In this document: in pieces, positions 23,626 through 35,237 of the stretch
Layout of the letters: each line of letters begins with the position of its first letter
Position numbering within the stretch: the stretch's first letter is position 1
Source: Fistulifera solaris
Taxonomy: Eukaryota
Assembly (NCBI GenBank): GCA_030295235.1
Contig: AP026130.1
Span: forward strand, 1,178,001 to 1,242,000
DNA: 64,000 nucleotides
Direction of reading: 5' to 3'
Made by a program: the position numbers and the translations under genes
Notes under the pieces: generated by a model
Seen by the model: only the letters and a program-made list of their open reading frames with translations
Database searches by the model: none
What the model was told of the DNA's origin: nothing

Positions 23626-24291
23626 TCATGCAGCGCGTGCTGACATGATTGTCTTATTTGAGATATTCATAGCATTGAATATTAGCTCATTCATCACCCC
23701 GCGAAGGATGAATTCACAGTTCTCCCCGCAGGTATTGATGATTGGGACCATTTGGCGCAATTTAACGTAAGCGCCAAAGAAGTCGCCTAGCTCATAGTGG
23801 CAACTGGCCAAATTGTTCATTAACATGATTTGGACAGCGCACGTAATCGTGTCCGAAAACTCTCGTAACAACGTGGTGCAATTCTTATAGAGAAACAGAG
23901 CTCTGCGTATTTCCTTCGTTTGCCCTTGAAGACCTTCGCTGTGATGGCATAATGCGATGTTGTAGAGTATGACTACACTGCTCAACGTAATTATGCGTTC
24001 ACACAATATATCAGTGTCGGATATATCGATAAGAAGCGGCTGTGGGCAAATGAAGCAGTCGCTTTGCACATAGCTCGGAAGATTGTTGGTCTCTTTGCCT
24101 TTTTTGCACAGACGAATCGCGCCGAGGTTCGATTTGGATGAATTCTCTGCTTCAGGTGGACTAGAGTTCAGTGTGTCTCTGATGAGACTGAGAGCTTGAA
24201 CGAAGAATGATCGTGCCTCTTTGGGCTTGCCAGAGACGAGCTGGAACGCTCCGGCACTATTGAGACACGAAGCTTCAATGAGAACGTTCAT
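23626..24291 (-). CDS. Hypothetical TPR-like helical protein (diatom-type family)
   Basis: LNSAGA...A..FF..AL, VILYNIALCHH, MNNLASCHYELG and terminal ARAA, a pattern recalled from diatom hypothetical proteins. Confidence 0.7.
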   Translation of the reverse strand: MNVLIEASCLNSAGAFQLVSGKPKEARSFFVQALSLIRDTLNSSPPEAENSSKSNLGAIRLCKKGKETNNLPSYVQSDCFICPQPLLIDISDTDILCERIITLSSVVILYNIALCHHSEGLQGQTKEIRRALFLYKNCTTLLREFSDTITCAVQIMLMNNLASCHYELGDFFGAYVKLRQMVPIINTCGENCEFILRGVMNELIFNAMNISNKTIMSARAA

Positions 24292-25316
24292 CGGAGCCTT
24301 AAGATAAGCGTAGACCTGCAAAAGATGTTGTTCTTAAAAAGCTTTGAGCTCTCGCGCCTCGTGCATACGGTAGTAGAGATAAATGAGAATGTTGATGGCC
24401 GAGAGAGCAAAGATCTTGATGGATTTAGATTTATGTTTGATGCAAAGGTTCGGGAAGCAAATGAGACGCCGCGTGTGAAATGCGAACCAAATTCTTCGTA
24501 ACCCGTGATCCGAGCTTCTTAGATCAGTAACAGCATTCTTAGAATTTTGTACTCAATTTCAGAAAGCTTAAAGAAGATACTATTCGCTGAGTGTCACTGG
24601 TGCATCATACGGCGTTCATCGTCATTCGTCATCCGTCAGACTGACATGTTACTCCGAAACGATAACGCTGCACTCTACCTCGTAAGCCTGATACGTCATA
24701 CGTCAGTATTTACTACTCGGATAAACAAGTACGTCATGCTTCATGCTATGTGCTATTCCAATAGTCTTTGCGTTCTGTGTTTTAGGTTTTTAGTCACAGA
24801 AAACTCCTTACCAGGTATTCCTTATTATTCATAATCATGTTTCATGATCTTCGAGTCTTCGATTCTAGGATGTCTAGTATCTTATGTCAGCTGAACGGTT
24901 CCGCTGAACCTGGTAAAGCTAAATCATTAAGAATCTAGCACTTCGGCGCTAAGAATCGCAGGTCGAGGGGAGAGAGATTCTTAGAGTCCCGTCGCTTAGA
25001 GAAGTCAGGGTCTAGAGTGCGTCTCGACTAGGGCAAAAGGAGTCTTAAAGAATTGAGGGTCTAGAGGGTCTAGACTAGGGCGCAAGAGGAGTCTCTACGG
25101 AGAGCGTCTAGATTTTGGACTCTAGGGCTAGAGAGACGACTCTTTGGTTTAGGGTAGACACAAATCATGAAACAGGACGAAAGCGAAGAGCTGAAAATAG
25201 AAGCGATCGTTGCGTCGCTGCAAGTTTTGGATCACTTAACAATTTTCGCTGATCAAATAAGATGAACAACGAAAGCATCAGAATGGGTGTAGAGCACACA
25301 ACCTTAGAAAAGATCT

Positions 25317-27869
25317 TTATTCTCCAAATCTGTGATTGTTCCTCATTTCGGCGTTTGAAAAACGCGATGTGCAAGAAGATTCTCTACCCCTCTTCCGGCT
25401 CCTATTTGCAGTCTTATTTCCTAATAAACTTGACCCATCAAGAGAAGTTGTGGCTGGCGTCAACGGATCGCTTTCACTGTAAGGACTTCGTTCCTCGGAC
25501 GACGCACTTGTACTATCGCTGCAACGGCCTGTCACGTCGGTTTGCTTCATTACAAAGTCATCATCGTCATCAATCTCCGCCGCCTCGTCTTGACTTAAAT
25601 CGCCAAAAATCGATCTATTCAACAGAATGTAGTCGACAGGAGCCCGGCCTCGCTTTCCATCAATTATATTTGACTCGTCCAATTTTCCAATGTCTTCAGA
25701 ATTGCGGCCAATGTCGTACAGACGCTTACTCCGAAGTCGCATGCCCTTTGTATTGCGCTTGGCAAAAACTTTTTCAAACGACTGATTTTCGTCGGTGTCG
25801 TCCCCCTCACCGTCGGAAAGGGCAGCCAGTTCATCTCGATCAATCTCGAGTTCCACACTTGAAATCTCCTCCAGTGTAGCGGCACTACTGACCGTAATGT
25901 CCTCGTTCGAAGAATCATTGTCTACCAGCCTCGCATTTTGTCGCTCCTCTTTCTTTCGCCGTTCAAAAGAATTCAGGTCAAACTTTTCATCGTCATCACT
26001 TTCATCGTCATCTCCGGCCGACAATTCGTCGTTCATGTCTTCCTCAAGGCCGAGCACACGGTTTACAAGTGCGATACTAGCGGCATTCTTTCTTCCTTTG
26101 CGAAGCATAATTGCTGCGGGGTAATCAACTTCAGCATTTGGGAAAACCTCGTTTACATCCGCCCAAGACCGCAATGAACTGGAATCGTCAATTACATCAG
26201 TCGTCTTTTTCTTGGATTTCCCAGCATTCCTGTCTTCGGCACTAAGTTGACGATGAATGCGTCTTTGCTCCCACTCGTCGCCCATGTACTCGCATTGAAC
26301 GTGATGCAGCAGTTCTGCTTGTCCTGCACAAAGAGGACAAAACCAATCATCTTCCTCATCTTCAGTTAAACGGACAACTGGCTTCACGCAATGCTGATGA
26401 TATGCTCTAAAGCAGCCGTTTCCGTCACAGAGGACCAAGTCGTTCTCGTCAGTAGCATAACCTTCCATGCAAATACAACATACTAGCTCATCTAGTGTAA
26501 TGCCACTATCGTCGTCACTCTCCTTGGTACTGCCTTTCCGTGTTTCTTTCGCTAATTGCGCATTATCTTTTGCGTGTGCCCCTCCTTTCGATAGCAGTGT
26601 AGTTTCACTCTTGTCGAGTTCATTGAGAATCGAACTTTGAGCTTCCTCTCCATGGAGGCGGTATTCTGGAGTTTTCGGCTCAATTCTACGAGGGTGCAAT
26701 CTTCCGAATGGAAACAAGACTCGTTTGACAAAATCAGTATGCGACTTCTCGTGTTTTTGTGTCCATTCCAGCAGAGTTCGCCACATCTTCTCACCAGGCC
26801 ACGTCGATCGGCATGTTTCGACCGCCGACAACCAACCTCGAATACGATATTCCGCACCGAACATTTTTATAAGCGTATCATGCAGTTCTTGTGAATTTTG
26901 AAAGAAGTGAAAGTTATGAGATGTACTGGTCCACGTTTGCAATCCAGCTCGAGCCAAGCGATGGGTGGCGAGTTGCCCCGATATGGCGTTGCGTAGTTGT
27001 GAAAAGGCACCATGCCAAGTCGCCGCCTTGAGTAAGCGACTCGCCGCTTCCCATCGTCGTTCCCACTCCGCAACTTCTGGTATCGGTGGACTCACAAACA
27101 ACAAATCTCGAATCGCAGCCGGTTTTGAATTGTCGTCTTTACCCGACGGTAGAGCAATGTCGGCCGCGTCTAGCTCTTTGAAAAACTCTGGCAACGGGTC
27201 CGCGGTTCGCTTTTGGTTTCCAGCCACATCGAGGGACTTTTTTAAATTCTTTTTGGATGGATTTTGCTTTTGCGAGAGGCAGTAGAGGCAATGCCATGCA
27301 CCGCGTGGAACCGAAAAGATGGGGACGAAATGACATTTTTGGTGAAACATCCGTTCGCACGAATCGCAATACACCAGCGCATTGTTCGGATCCCAGAGAC
27401 TTTCTGGTAAATAGGGATCGTTTTTATTAAAGAAGTAGGAAGATTCCGATGATGCATCTTCGTCTTTCTCGTCTTTGTAATCTTCCTCTCGATCGCTTTG
27501 GAAAAAAGCCGCGCGGTCGCTAAAGTCCAACGCACAATGACAAAGACTGCAAGCCCCAATATCGATCGATCCTTCTTCCAATGCATCTTCCTGTACCTGA
27601 TTGCTGCGTCTTGTCCCTATTTTCGAAACGAAAAGAAGGGAGAATTCGCAAATGTCAGATCCCGAAACAATGCTATATATTCGCAAGACAATATTAATGA
27701 GAACCTTACCTTCCGCAGATCCGGCAGAAGCGCATTTCTTCAGTGCAGCGGCTGTCTTCTTGGACATGTTGACAAAAAACGCCACTGCTTCCTTCTGATG
27801 AAGAGCGAAAATTACTAAGCCGCCAATCGGAACGACGACTCGAAGTAATCCTTTCGAAACACACCACAA
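25317..27869 (-). CDS. Double PHD-finger chromatin protein (plant PRH/HAT3.1-like core); 5' structure uncertain
   Basis: CSLC...LVYCDSCERMFHQKC...WHCLYC and CCICMEG...LVLCDGNGCFRAYHQHC...WFCPLC; W..VFPNA and RAPVDY..LN..FG motifs; possible upstream exon near 27934-28134. Confidence 0.85.
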   Translation of the reverse strand: MWCVSKGLLRVVVPIGGLVIFALHQKEAVAFFVNMSKKTAAALKKCASAGSAEGKVLINIVLRIYSIVSGSDICEFSLLFVSKIGTRRSNQVQEDALEEGSIDIGACSLCHCALDFSDRAAFFQSDREEDYKDEKDEDASSESSYFFNKNDPYLPESLWDPNNALVYCDSCERMFHQKCHFVPIFSVPRGAWHCLYCLSQKQNPSKKNLKKSLDVAGNQKRTADPLPEFFKELDAADIALPSGKDDNSKPAAIRDLLFVSPPIPEVAEWERRWEAASRLLKAATWHGAFSQLRNAISGQLATHRLARAGLQTWTSTSHNFHFFQNSQELHDTLIKMFGAEYRIRGWLSAVETCRSTWPGEKMWRTLLEWTQKHEKSHTDFVKRVLFPFGRLHPRRIEPKTPEYRLHGEEAQSSILNELDKSETTLLSKGGAHAKDNAQLAKETRKGSTKESDDDSGITLDELVCCICMEGYATDENDLVLCDGNGCFRAYHQHCVKPVVRLTEDEEDDWFCPLCAGQAELLHHVQCEYMGDEWEQRRIHRQLSAEDRNAGKSKKKTTDVIDDSSSLRSWADVNEVFPNAEVDYPAAIMLRKGRKNAASIALVNRVLGLEEDMNDELSAGDDDESDDDEKFDLNSFERRKKEERQNARLVDNDSSNEDITVSSAATLEEISSVELEIDRDELAALSDGEGDDTDENQSFEKVFAKRNTKGMRLRSKRLYDIGRNSEDIGKLDESNIIDGKRGRAPVDYILLNRSIFGDLSQDEAAEIDDDDDFVMKQTDVTGRCSDSTSASSEERSPYSESDPLTPATTSLDGSSLLGNKTANRSRKRGRESSCTSRFSNAEMRNNHRFGE

Positions 27870-28736
27870 AGCAACCTTCGTTTCTCTTGCTCTAAAATTC
27901 GATTCTTTCCGGGTAGAAAACGGGTTGATTAATTTACGAAATAATGAACTGGCCGAGACAAGAAGACGGAAATAACTTCAACAACCCCTTCAGGAGCGAC
28001 GCAACGTGTTTTTGTGGCTTCATCGCCCATTCTGGTTTTTTGTCGTCCGATGATGAAGGCGCAAGAGGTGCGAATTTTCTGACTATACGATAAAAGAGAA
28101 CACCTCGCCCAAAGTTCGTGTGGCGCGAAGACATGCGCGATGCGACATCCGGCTGTACCACGAGAGTTGAAGTACCTGGTAGTATAGGGAAGAATGTAGG
28201 TGACCTTTCTTCATGACTGCATTTCTGTCATGAATCAAAATACTCCCGAGCCAGACTGCGAATTAACCTTCGTTTCTTTTGCAAGCTAAATAAGCTGTAA
28301 TTTGTCTTTGTTGGAAAGGTATTATTGTTGGCAGCATTTGTAATACGAGCTTAGATTTTTTAAGTCGAAAACTGTCTTGCCTGTTCACTATGGACCAAAT
28401 GTGTTGGTTTACGAAGACCACGACTGCATTTCAGTCACGAACTTAAATAAAAGCTGCGTTTGTCTTGCTACCAGGTACAATGCAATTACGATCATCGGTA
28501 TTTGCTGATCACGCTTCGATTCTTCACGTCGAAAAGCATTGCGAAATGTTGTCTTCCGTATGTTCTGTGGACGTTGGACACGACTACTTTTCATCACGAC
28601 CGCTCGTTATTCACGAAGCTTGTTCAGTAAAGAAGAAATGAAAAAAAACCTTGATATTCATTAGTTGTAACCGCGACAGATGAGCGATAGGTAGTTAAAC
28701 CCAAATTTAACTATAGTACTTGAGCATTAAATTTAG

Positions 28737-29951
28737 TTAAGATACTTGTGCGTTTCCCATACCATTGATCGCTTTCACGGTGCCACCTGTTGCGCTACAT
28801 AGTGCTCCTTTAAATACCACCTGCCCTTCATCGTTCGTCTTAAGATCAGGAGCCAGCGTCTCAAATATTTTCTTTTTAGCAATCTTGTTTTCTGGTTCAG
28901 GTTCTACATCGGCTCGACCTTCAAATTTGACTCGCTCTCCCAGCGGCGCCTCGGCCGGGGGAATCACAAGTTCGACAGATCTCTTTTCTCCGTCATCTTT
29001 ACTAGCACATAGAACCATCCCGTGGGAAGGGAAACCCACTAAGTTTCGTTTCTTGAGATTGCACAAGACCAGCACACGAGCATTAAGTAGGTCACTGTCC
29101 TGGTAATACGGACGGAGACCCGAGGCAATTTGTCGTACTTCCCCATTTCCTAAATCGATCTCTTCGCAGAAGAGCTTGTCGGCTTCCGGATGATTCCACA
29201 CTTTCACAATTTTACCGACACGAATATCAAGTGCCGTAATGTCAACATCGCCTCCGTCTGCTGATTCGGTCTGTTTTTCCTTGGCTGCCTTATTCTCATC
29301 TTTCGGTGGCTTGGCGGGTTTCTCCTTGTTTACGTTTGTCTCTTTTGCCACTGTTTTCTTTTCATCTTGTTGTTGCGGCTTTCCTTTCGTAGATGGTTTC
29401 GCCGGGGCTACTTCCTTTGCGGCTAAAATAGCTTCGATCGATTCAGTGCCATCGGCAAACCACCAACCTGACGGAGGAATGGATGCCGAGGCCAACCATG
29501 TCGGAAGGCTCGCAGGGACGGGGACTTCCACTTGCGCAGCTTGCTCGATCAAAATGGAAATAGAAGCACGCATCCAGCGAGCTAGAGGTGTCGCGGAAAC
29601 ATCCGCCTTGTGTTCGATCAACGCCACCGCCAAGTCAAAGTCCGCCACGGACGGCACCGAAGTCCCCGGCAACAGGAACGAATTCGTGGTTAGATGCGAC
29701 TGCAAGGCATCATCCATTGGCGTTCCCGCACGAATACTTGCTGCAACACTCATCCAAGCAGTCAAAGAGGCGCGTTGCAACGCCGCCGGTGGATTGGCTC
29801 CCGAAATGGTGGCAGCAAACATGCCTCCCGCCAAATAAAGAGGAGCGCGATCGAGGATTCCGTGCAATGCCGTCGTCACGAGCGCTCGTAAAATAGCATT
29901 GCGCTGCGTAATTGTAACAGCCGGTGTTACATTCATGGTAGAGAGTTGCAT
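28737..29951 (-). CDS. Arc1p/AIMP1-like aminoacyl-tRNA synthetase cofactor (GST-like domain, K-rich linker, EMAP-II tRNA-binding domain)
   Basis: LDIRVGKIVKVWNHPEADKLFCEEIDLG...RQIASGL...CNLKKRNLVGFPSHGMVLCA; GST-C-like HLTTNSFLL...SVAD. Confidence 0.88.
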   Translation of the reverse strand: MQLSTMNVTPAVTITQRNAILRALVTTALHGILDRAPLYLAGGMFAATISGANPPAALQRASLTAWMSVAASIRAGTPMDDALQSHLTTNSFLLPGTSVPSVADFDLAVALIEHKADVSATPLARWMRASISILIEQAAQVEVPVPASLPTWLASASIPPSGWWFADGTESIEAILAAKEVAPAKPSTKGKPQQQDEKKTVAKETNVNKEKPAKPPKDENKAAKEKQTESADGGDVDITALDIRVGKIVKVWNHPEADKLFCEEIDLGNGEVRQIASGLRPYYQDSDLLNARVLVLCNLKKRNLVGFPSHGMVLCASKDDGEKRSVELVIPPAEAPLGERVKFEGRADVEPEPENKIAKKKIFETLAPDLKTNDEGQVVFKGALCSATGGTVKAINGMGNAQVS

Positions 29952-30390
29952 GACGTTGCTATTCTTCTTCTTGTCAATGATGAATTTGCAGCAGGATCGC
30001 GATTTCAGTGCGGCGGTTTGCGCGATGAGATGTAAAACAACATCTTTCTGGAGGATTTCTTCCGCAATAGTCAGCTCGCACAAAGATGCTCCCGTCATTT
30101 ATACTGTAGAAGTATTCCAAGAGCTGATAATTTGATAAGAGGTATTGTTTTTGCTTGAATGAAGAGTGCAACAATGCAAAACAATAAAAAGGCATCAAAC
30201 GAACGAGCGGTGAAGAGCAATTCAAGTTTACTATGGTGCAGAATGTAGATGACTTTTTCTTACGACTTAACTGATCTGCAGTCCCGGCCATTTCGCCGTC
30301 ATTTTCGCCGAAGACGAATAAGAGAACGACCATAATTTGTTATTGATTCATTACTATTGTTTCTTCCATCAACCTCTAAATAAGAAGAAA

Positions 30391-31050
30391 ATGACAACAC
30401 GAGCGGCGTCTGCGGCATTCAATCTTCAAGCCAAGCAAGAACTGGTGAAACTATTGTTCGGAAAACAATATTATCGCAAAGGCCCCCTGGCCCATCGCAT
30501 GCTCGATCATTCCATCTACTCGTACGAAGATTTGCGGTCGGCCTATTTGAAGCGTGTACAAGAAATTCATCCTGACAAGCACCATCACAATGAGAGTCAG
30601 AATCGTCTCGAACGGCAACAGCAGTTTATTCAGTTGCAAGATGCCTGGAATCGTTTTGAAGAATTGGACAAAGTCATGAGAACAGTTCAACAGCACCGGG
30701 AGAACACACATCACAATTTCACTCTATTCGGTGTAGGATGTTCCTTTGCCGATTCGGAACAGGAACGCCACTTGAGAACCCAATTTACCGATCAAGCCTG
30801 CCGGGGATGGTTTAGTGCAGGTGCACTGAGCCAAGACAGTTCGATCGATACTTTGAGAAACAATGACACTGTATCGACGTATGAACCATTATTTGTGCAC
30901 GACGAAGAAGAAACTGTAAGAGAAGCAGATGTGGAAACCGGCCGAGATGCGAGCGGTACGGTCAAGCCAATACGTGAGCGACAACAGTCTGCGATGGAAT
31001 TTTGCGTCGATCTCAAAGGTAATGTAATTATAAACCGATTTATAGTTTAA
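30391..31050 (+). CDS. J-domain (DnaJ-like) protein
   Basis: DLRSAYLKRVQEIHPDK...FIQLQDAW with HPD motif. Confidence 0.8.
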   Translation: MTTRAASAAFNLQAKQELVKLLFGKQYYRKGPLAHRMLDHSIYSYEDLRSAYLKRVQEIHPDKHHHNESQNRLERQQQFIQLQDAWNRFEELDKVMRTVQQHRENTHHNFTLFGVGCSFADSEQERHLRTQFTDQACRGWFSAGALSQDSSIDTLRNNDTVSTYEPLFVHDEEETVREADVETGRDASGTVKPIRERQQSAMEFCVDLKGNVIINRFIV

Positions 31051-31141
31051 CGGGTATTAGGACGGCTCTCAAATATTGGTAAGATTGTAAAGAATAGATT
31101 TCTCTTTAGAGAGAGCTAGGAGCTAGAGGTCTAAGGTGTCA

Positions 31142-31593
31142 TGCTTTATGTTGGTTATAACGGTCGTGAGTGCCGCTCGACAACAATACTAACATTTTAC
31201 ATGATAGTGAGAATTTGCAGTGCTGCTTTATGTTGGTTATAACGGTCGTGAGTGCCGCTCGACAACAAAACTCCAATTTTACCTTATAGTGATAATTTGC
31301 TCTCATGCTTTATGTTGGTTATAACGGTCGTGAGTGCCGCTCGACAACAATACTAACATTTTACATCATAGTAAGAATTTGCAGTGCTGCTTTATGTTGG
31401 TTATAACGGTCATGAGTGCCGCTCGACAACAATACTAACATTTTACATCATAGTGAGAATTTGCTCTGATGCTTTATGTTGGTTATAACGGTCGTGAGTG
31501 CCGCTCGACAACAAAAAATACCTATCATCTCATATTGGAATTTGCTGTGGTGCCTTTATGTTGGTTATAACGGTCGTGAGCGTGAGTGCCGCT
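31142..31593. repeat. 82-bp minisatellite, about 5.5 copies
   Basis: tgctttatgttggttataacggtcgtgagtgccgctcgacaacaa starts at 31142, 31224, 31306, 31388, 31470, with a variant copy at about 31551. Confidence 0.97.
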
Positions 31594-31984
31594 GGAATCG
31601 AATCAAGATCTTATTAGAGTTAACGTTACAAGTTCGTCGTGAGGTGCATTTTCAAAAAAACTGCATTTTCATTGAGGGTTAGGGTCAAAAGGAGTTGACG
31701 TTGGCTGGAGGTTTGACATGACGTCGCCTGTTGCTCTGTACACTATTACGGATAGTAATTTAGTCGTAGTACTGGTGTCTGACGTGGGATGAACTTTCAT
31801 GTGACGTTTTGAAGTCCAATAGCTCTCGATCTTTCGTTTCGTTCCTTCGCTTTTTGTCGATGGCGAGAAAGAGAGCCAAGCAACCTCTTGTTCTCTTTTT
31901 TTTGCTTCGAGTGATTTTAGCACAATGGTAACTAGCGATCTTTCACATTCCTCGACTTCTTCGTTCCTCTCTCAGTATACCAGC

Positions 31985-33169
31985 ATGTTGTTTCGATCCG
32001 TCACTTCCGCTGTATTCCGTAGCTCAACGATGACGACGGGACGCACGAAACTCTCACAACACGTGCCGCGAGCCAGTTTCTCGGTCATGTCCGATGCCAT
32101 TCAGTCGTTGAAGGGTGTTCACTTTGTTTCGACGGATCAATTGAGGTGAGCGAAGTGTGTGTACTTGTGTGTGTTGAGCTGTGAAGCTCGCCGCGTTCGA
32201 CCGACATTTTTGCTACTCGTTACACGTCTGACACTTTCTTCGAATCTTTTTCGGATGATTCTCACAGCAAAGAAGAATTACAAGGCTTGCTCGATCTTTC
32301 GAAATATTACAAAGATACTTACAAGGCCAAGGGAGGATTAAAACCAAAGCCACTCGAAGGTGATTCGATGGCTATGATCTTTCAAAAGCGTTCGACACGA
32401 ACCCGTGTGTCGACCGAGACCGGCATCGCCATGATGGGAGGACACGCTCTGTTCTTGGGGCCTTCCGACATTCAACTCGGAGTCAACGAAAGTATGCGCG
32501 ACACTGCCTTGGTTCTTTCGCGATTCAATTCCATCATTCTGGCGCGCGTCTACAGTCACAATGATATTACCGAGTTGGCCAAATACGCGACGGTCCCCGT
32601 CATCAACGCTCTATCGGATCTGCATCATCCGTTACAATCGCTCGCCGATCTGATGACTCTGCAGGAACACTTTGGAAAGGATTTGTCAGGAAAGACCGTC
32701 GCGTGGGTCGGTGACGGTAACAATGTATTGCACGACTTGGCACTCGGTTCGGCGATTCTCGGCATGAATGTCAATATTGCCACTCCGGCGGGCTTTGAAT
32801 GCAACCCGACGATCTTGGCCAAGGTCAAAGAACTAGCGGCAAAGCACGGAGGAAAAGTCATGACGACGTCGGTGGCGGCCGATGCGGTGGCGAATGCGGA
32901 TGTCGTGGTGACCGACACGTGGGTCAGCATGGGACAGGAAGACGAATATGCGGCACGCTTAAAAGCGTTTGATGGATACCAAGTCAACAAAGAACTCATG
33001 AGCAAGGCCAACCCGAACGCTGTTTTTCTTGCACTGCCTTCCTCGTCATCCGGAAGAAGTGGCCGATGAAGTCTTTTACTCTCCTCAGTCCTTAGTCTTT
33101 GATGAAGCCGAAAACCGCATGTGGACCGTCATGGCGGTGGCGGCGGCTCAGTTGGGTAAAGTCGAATGA
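31985..33169 (+). CDS. OTC: Ornithine carbamoyltransferase, mitochondrial (urea cycle)
   Basis: [40 protein letters not shown] (after a T-run indel about 33023), EAENRMWT; presequence exon, intron 32146-32267. Confidence 0.96.
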
Positions 33170-33330
33170 AAAAGGAACGATTCTATTCTGTCGACGCCCT
33201 TGTAGCTTGTAGATCACTTGTTAGTCATTTCATTATAACTATAACAACATAAAGTATACCATATTCTACTTTGTCAAGTCGACGAGAGACACTCGTATTA
33301 CCATTAGAGACTTCTTACAATTTTCACTTT

Positions 33331-34691
33331 TTAGATTTCCAACAGGAGCTTGGCAGGATCACTAATCTTCTCAGCGATGCTTTTCAAGAAAGTGACACCC
33401 TCTCTTCCGTCAATTAAACGATGATCGTACGTCAACGCCAAATACATCATCGGTCTCGCAATAATGTCACCGGTTTTCGGGTCGACCACGGGGCGCATTT
33501 TCGTGGCATGCATACCCAAAATGGCCGATTGTGGCGGATTGAGAATCGGCGTTCCCATGAGTGACCCAAAGACACCACCGTTGCTAATCGTGAAAGTACC
33601 ACCCGCCATATCGTCCAAGCTCAACGTTCCGTTCTTGGCTTTTTCCGCGTACATGGCAATGTTGCGTTCAACGTCCGCAAATCCCATGGTTTCCGTATTG
33701 CGCAATACAGGAACCACCAAACCCGCTGGACTGGCAACAGCAACACTGATATCAACATACTCACGGTAGACAATTTCTTTGTTTTCATCGTCCATGTACG
33801 CATTGACGGCCGGCAATTCTTGCAAGGCGGCCGTCGCGGCCTTGACAAACGCACTCATAAAGCCGAGTTTGACATCATGCTTTTTGAAAAACTCGTCTTT
33901 GTATTTGTTGCGCATTTCCATGAGATTTCCCATGTCACATTCTTGAAAGGTCGTCAACATGGCGGCGGTGTTTTGAGCGTCCTTCAACCGCGCCGCGACA
34001 CGCTGACGCATTCGACTCATCTTGGTGCGACGTTCCGTGCGCTGTCCTAAAAACAGTGTTTGTTCGGAAATGGGGGCTGCCGGTGGTGACGATTTCGCTG
34101 CCGACGGAGTTTGCTTGGCGGGAGCGGGGGCAGCCGAAGGAGCAGCAGCCGGTGGAGGTGTGGCGGCTGGCGGTGCTGCCTTGGGCGCCGGTGGTGCTTC
34201 TTCAATGCTATGAGCCACCTCTTCCGGAACAGGTGGTTGGGTGCTACTTTCCGGTGCATCAGCATCTGTATCGATACGGAAAAGAGCGCTACCGACCTCT
34301 ACGACATCATCTACTTCTCCCAATACTTCGACCAGTGCCCCGGCAACAGGGGCTCGGACATCTACCGAAACTTTATCTGTTTCTAGAACCACAACTACAT
34401 CATCTACTTGCAAGAAGTCTCCTGGTCCTACAGGGATATCGACAATCGTTCCTTCGGTAATAGAATCTCCCATCGTCGGAACCTGAATGCATAACAAATA
34501 TGAGAAGAAGGTATATCACAGAGTCAATATACTATTCACACATGGCGACGTACCTCGATCGTTTTGACGGGCATACTCCAAGCAGCTGTCGATGATACGA
34601 AATGCCTTCGAACGACGGGAAGAACTGCAGTCGTTCGCTGTAGTAATGATAGCCGATGATTCGACACGATAAATTTTGCTCGTCCCAACAT
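33331..34691 (-). CDS. DLST: Dihydrolipoamide succinyltransferase (E2 of 2-oxoglutarate dehydrogenase)
   Basis: Lipoyl domain ETDKV, Pro/Ala linker, MSRMRQRVAARLKDAQNTAAMLTTF, YDHRLIDGREGV; intron 34483-34553. Confidence 0.96.
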
Positions 34692-35237
34692 GATAGTGAA
34701 TGAAATGCTGCGCGACTGTCTTTCAATGCCTGCTATCAACCTTCGCTCGTCGTTTTTGATGTTTGCCTTCTCAGCAGATGATGCAAGGCAGCGGTCGATC
34801 TACAATAGCAATAATGCTTGACTAGTGTTTATTATTTGATATTACAATGGACGTCGGGCAGAGGAAGGGAAGACGAAGAGGCGAAAGCGAGAGAAGGCGA
34901 ACCTCTGCGATCCAAAAAAATCTTCTTCCGGTCTTTCCGTTCAATTTCCGATACAATCTACATCACATACGAATTCATAAACGTGTCGTACAGTGTCTCG
35001 AGATATGACTCATGACTGAGAATTTAGTCGTATGCGGAGTAATTTTGCAGTAAAAATGCAACGACTGACTCTGTTCATTATTTCTATAAACCATCTGTGA
35101 ATTTTAATGAACACTGATAAGGTTTGGACAAAAATTTCTTTTTGCGTGTACACACAGGCTAAAGCACGCTTTTTATGAATTAAGAATTTTTGAGTTATGC
35201 AATCATTTTGTTGAATTTCATGGATAGAAGGTTTTCT

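Noticed and set aside
29239..29838. Long antisense ORFs (also 18558-18941, 25262-25879, 32625-33011)
   Set aside because: Shadow frames of well-supported genes on the opposite strand, with no motifs of their own
31142..31593. CRISPR array (constant repeat plus variable spacer look)
   Set aside because: The 'spacers' are homologous to each other, there are no cas genes, and the context is eukaryotic with introns
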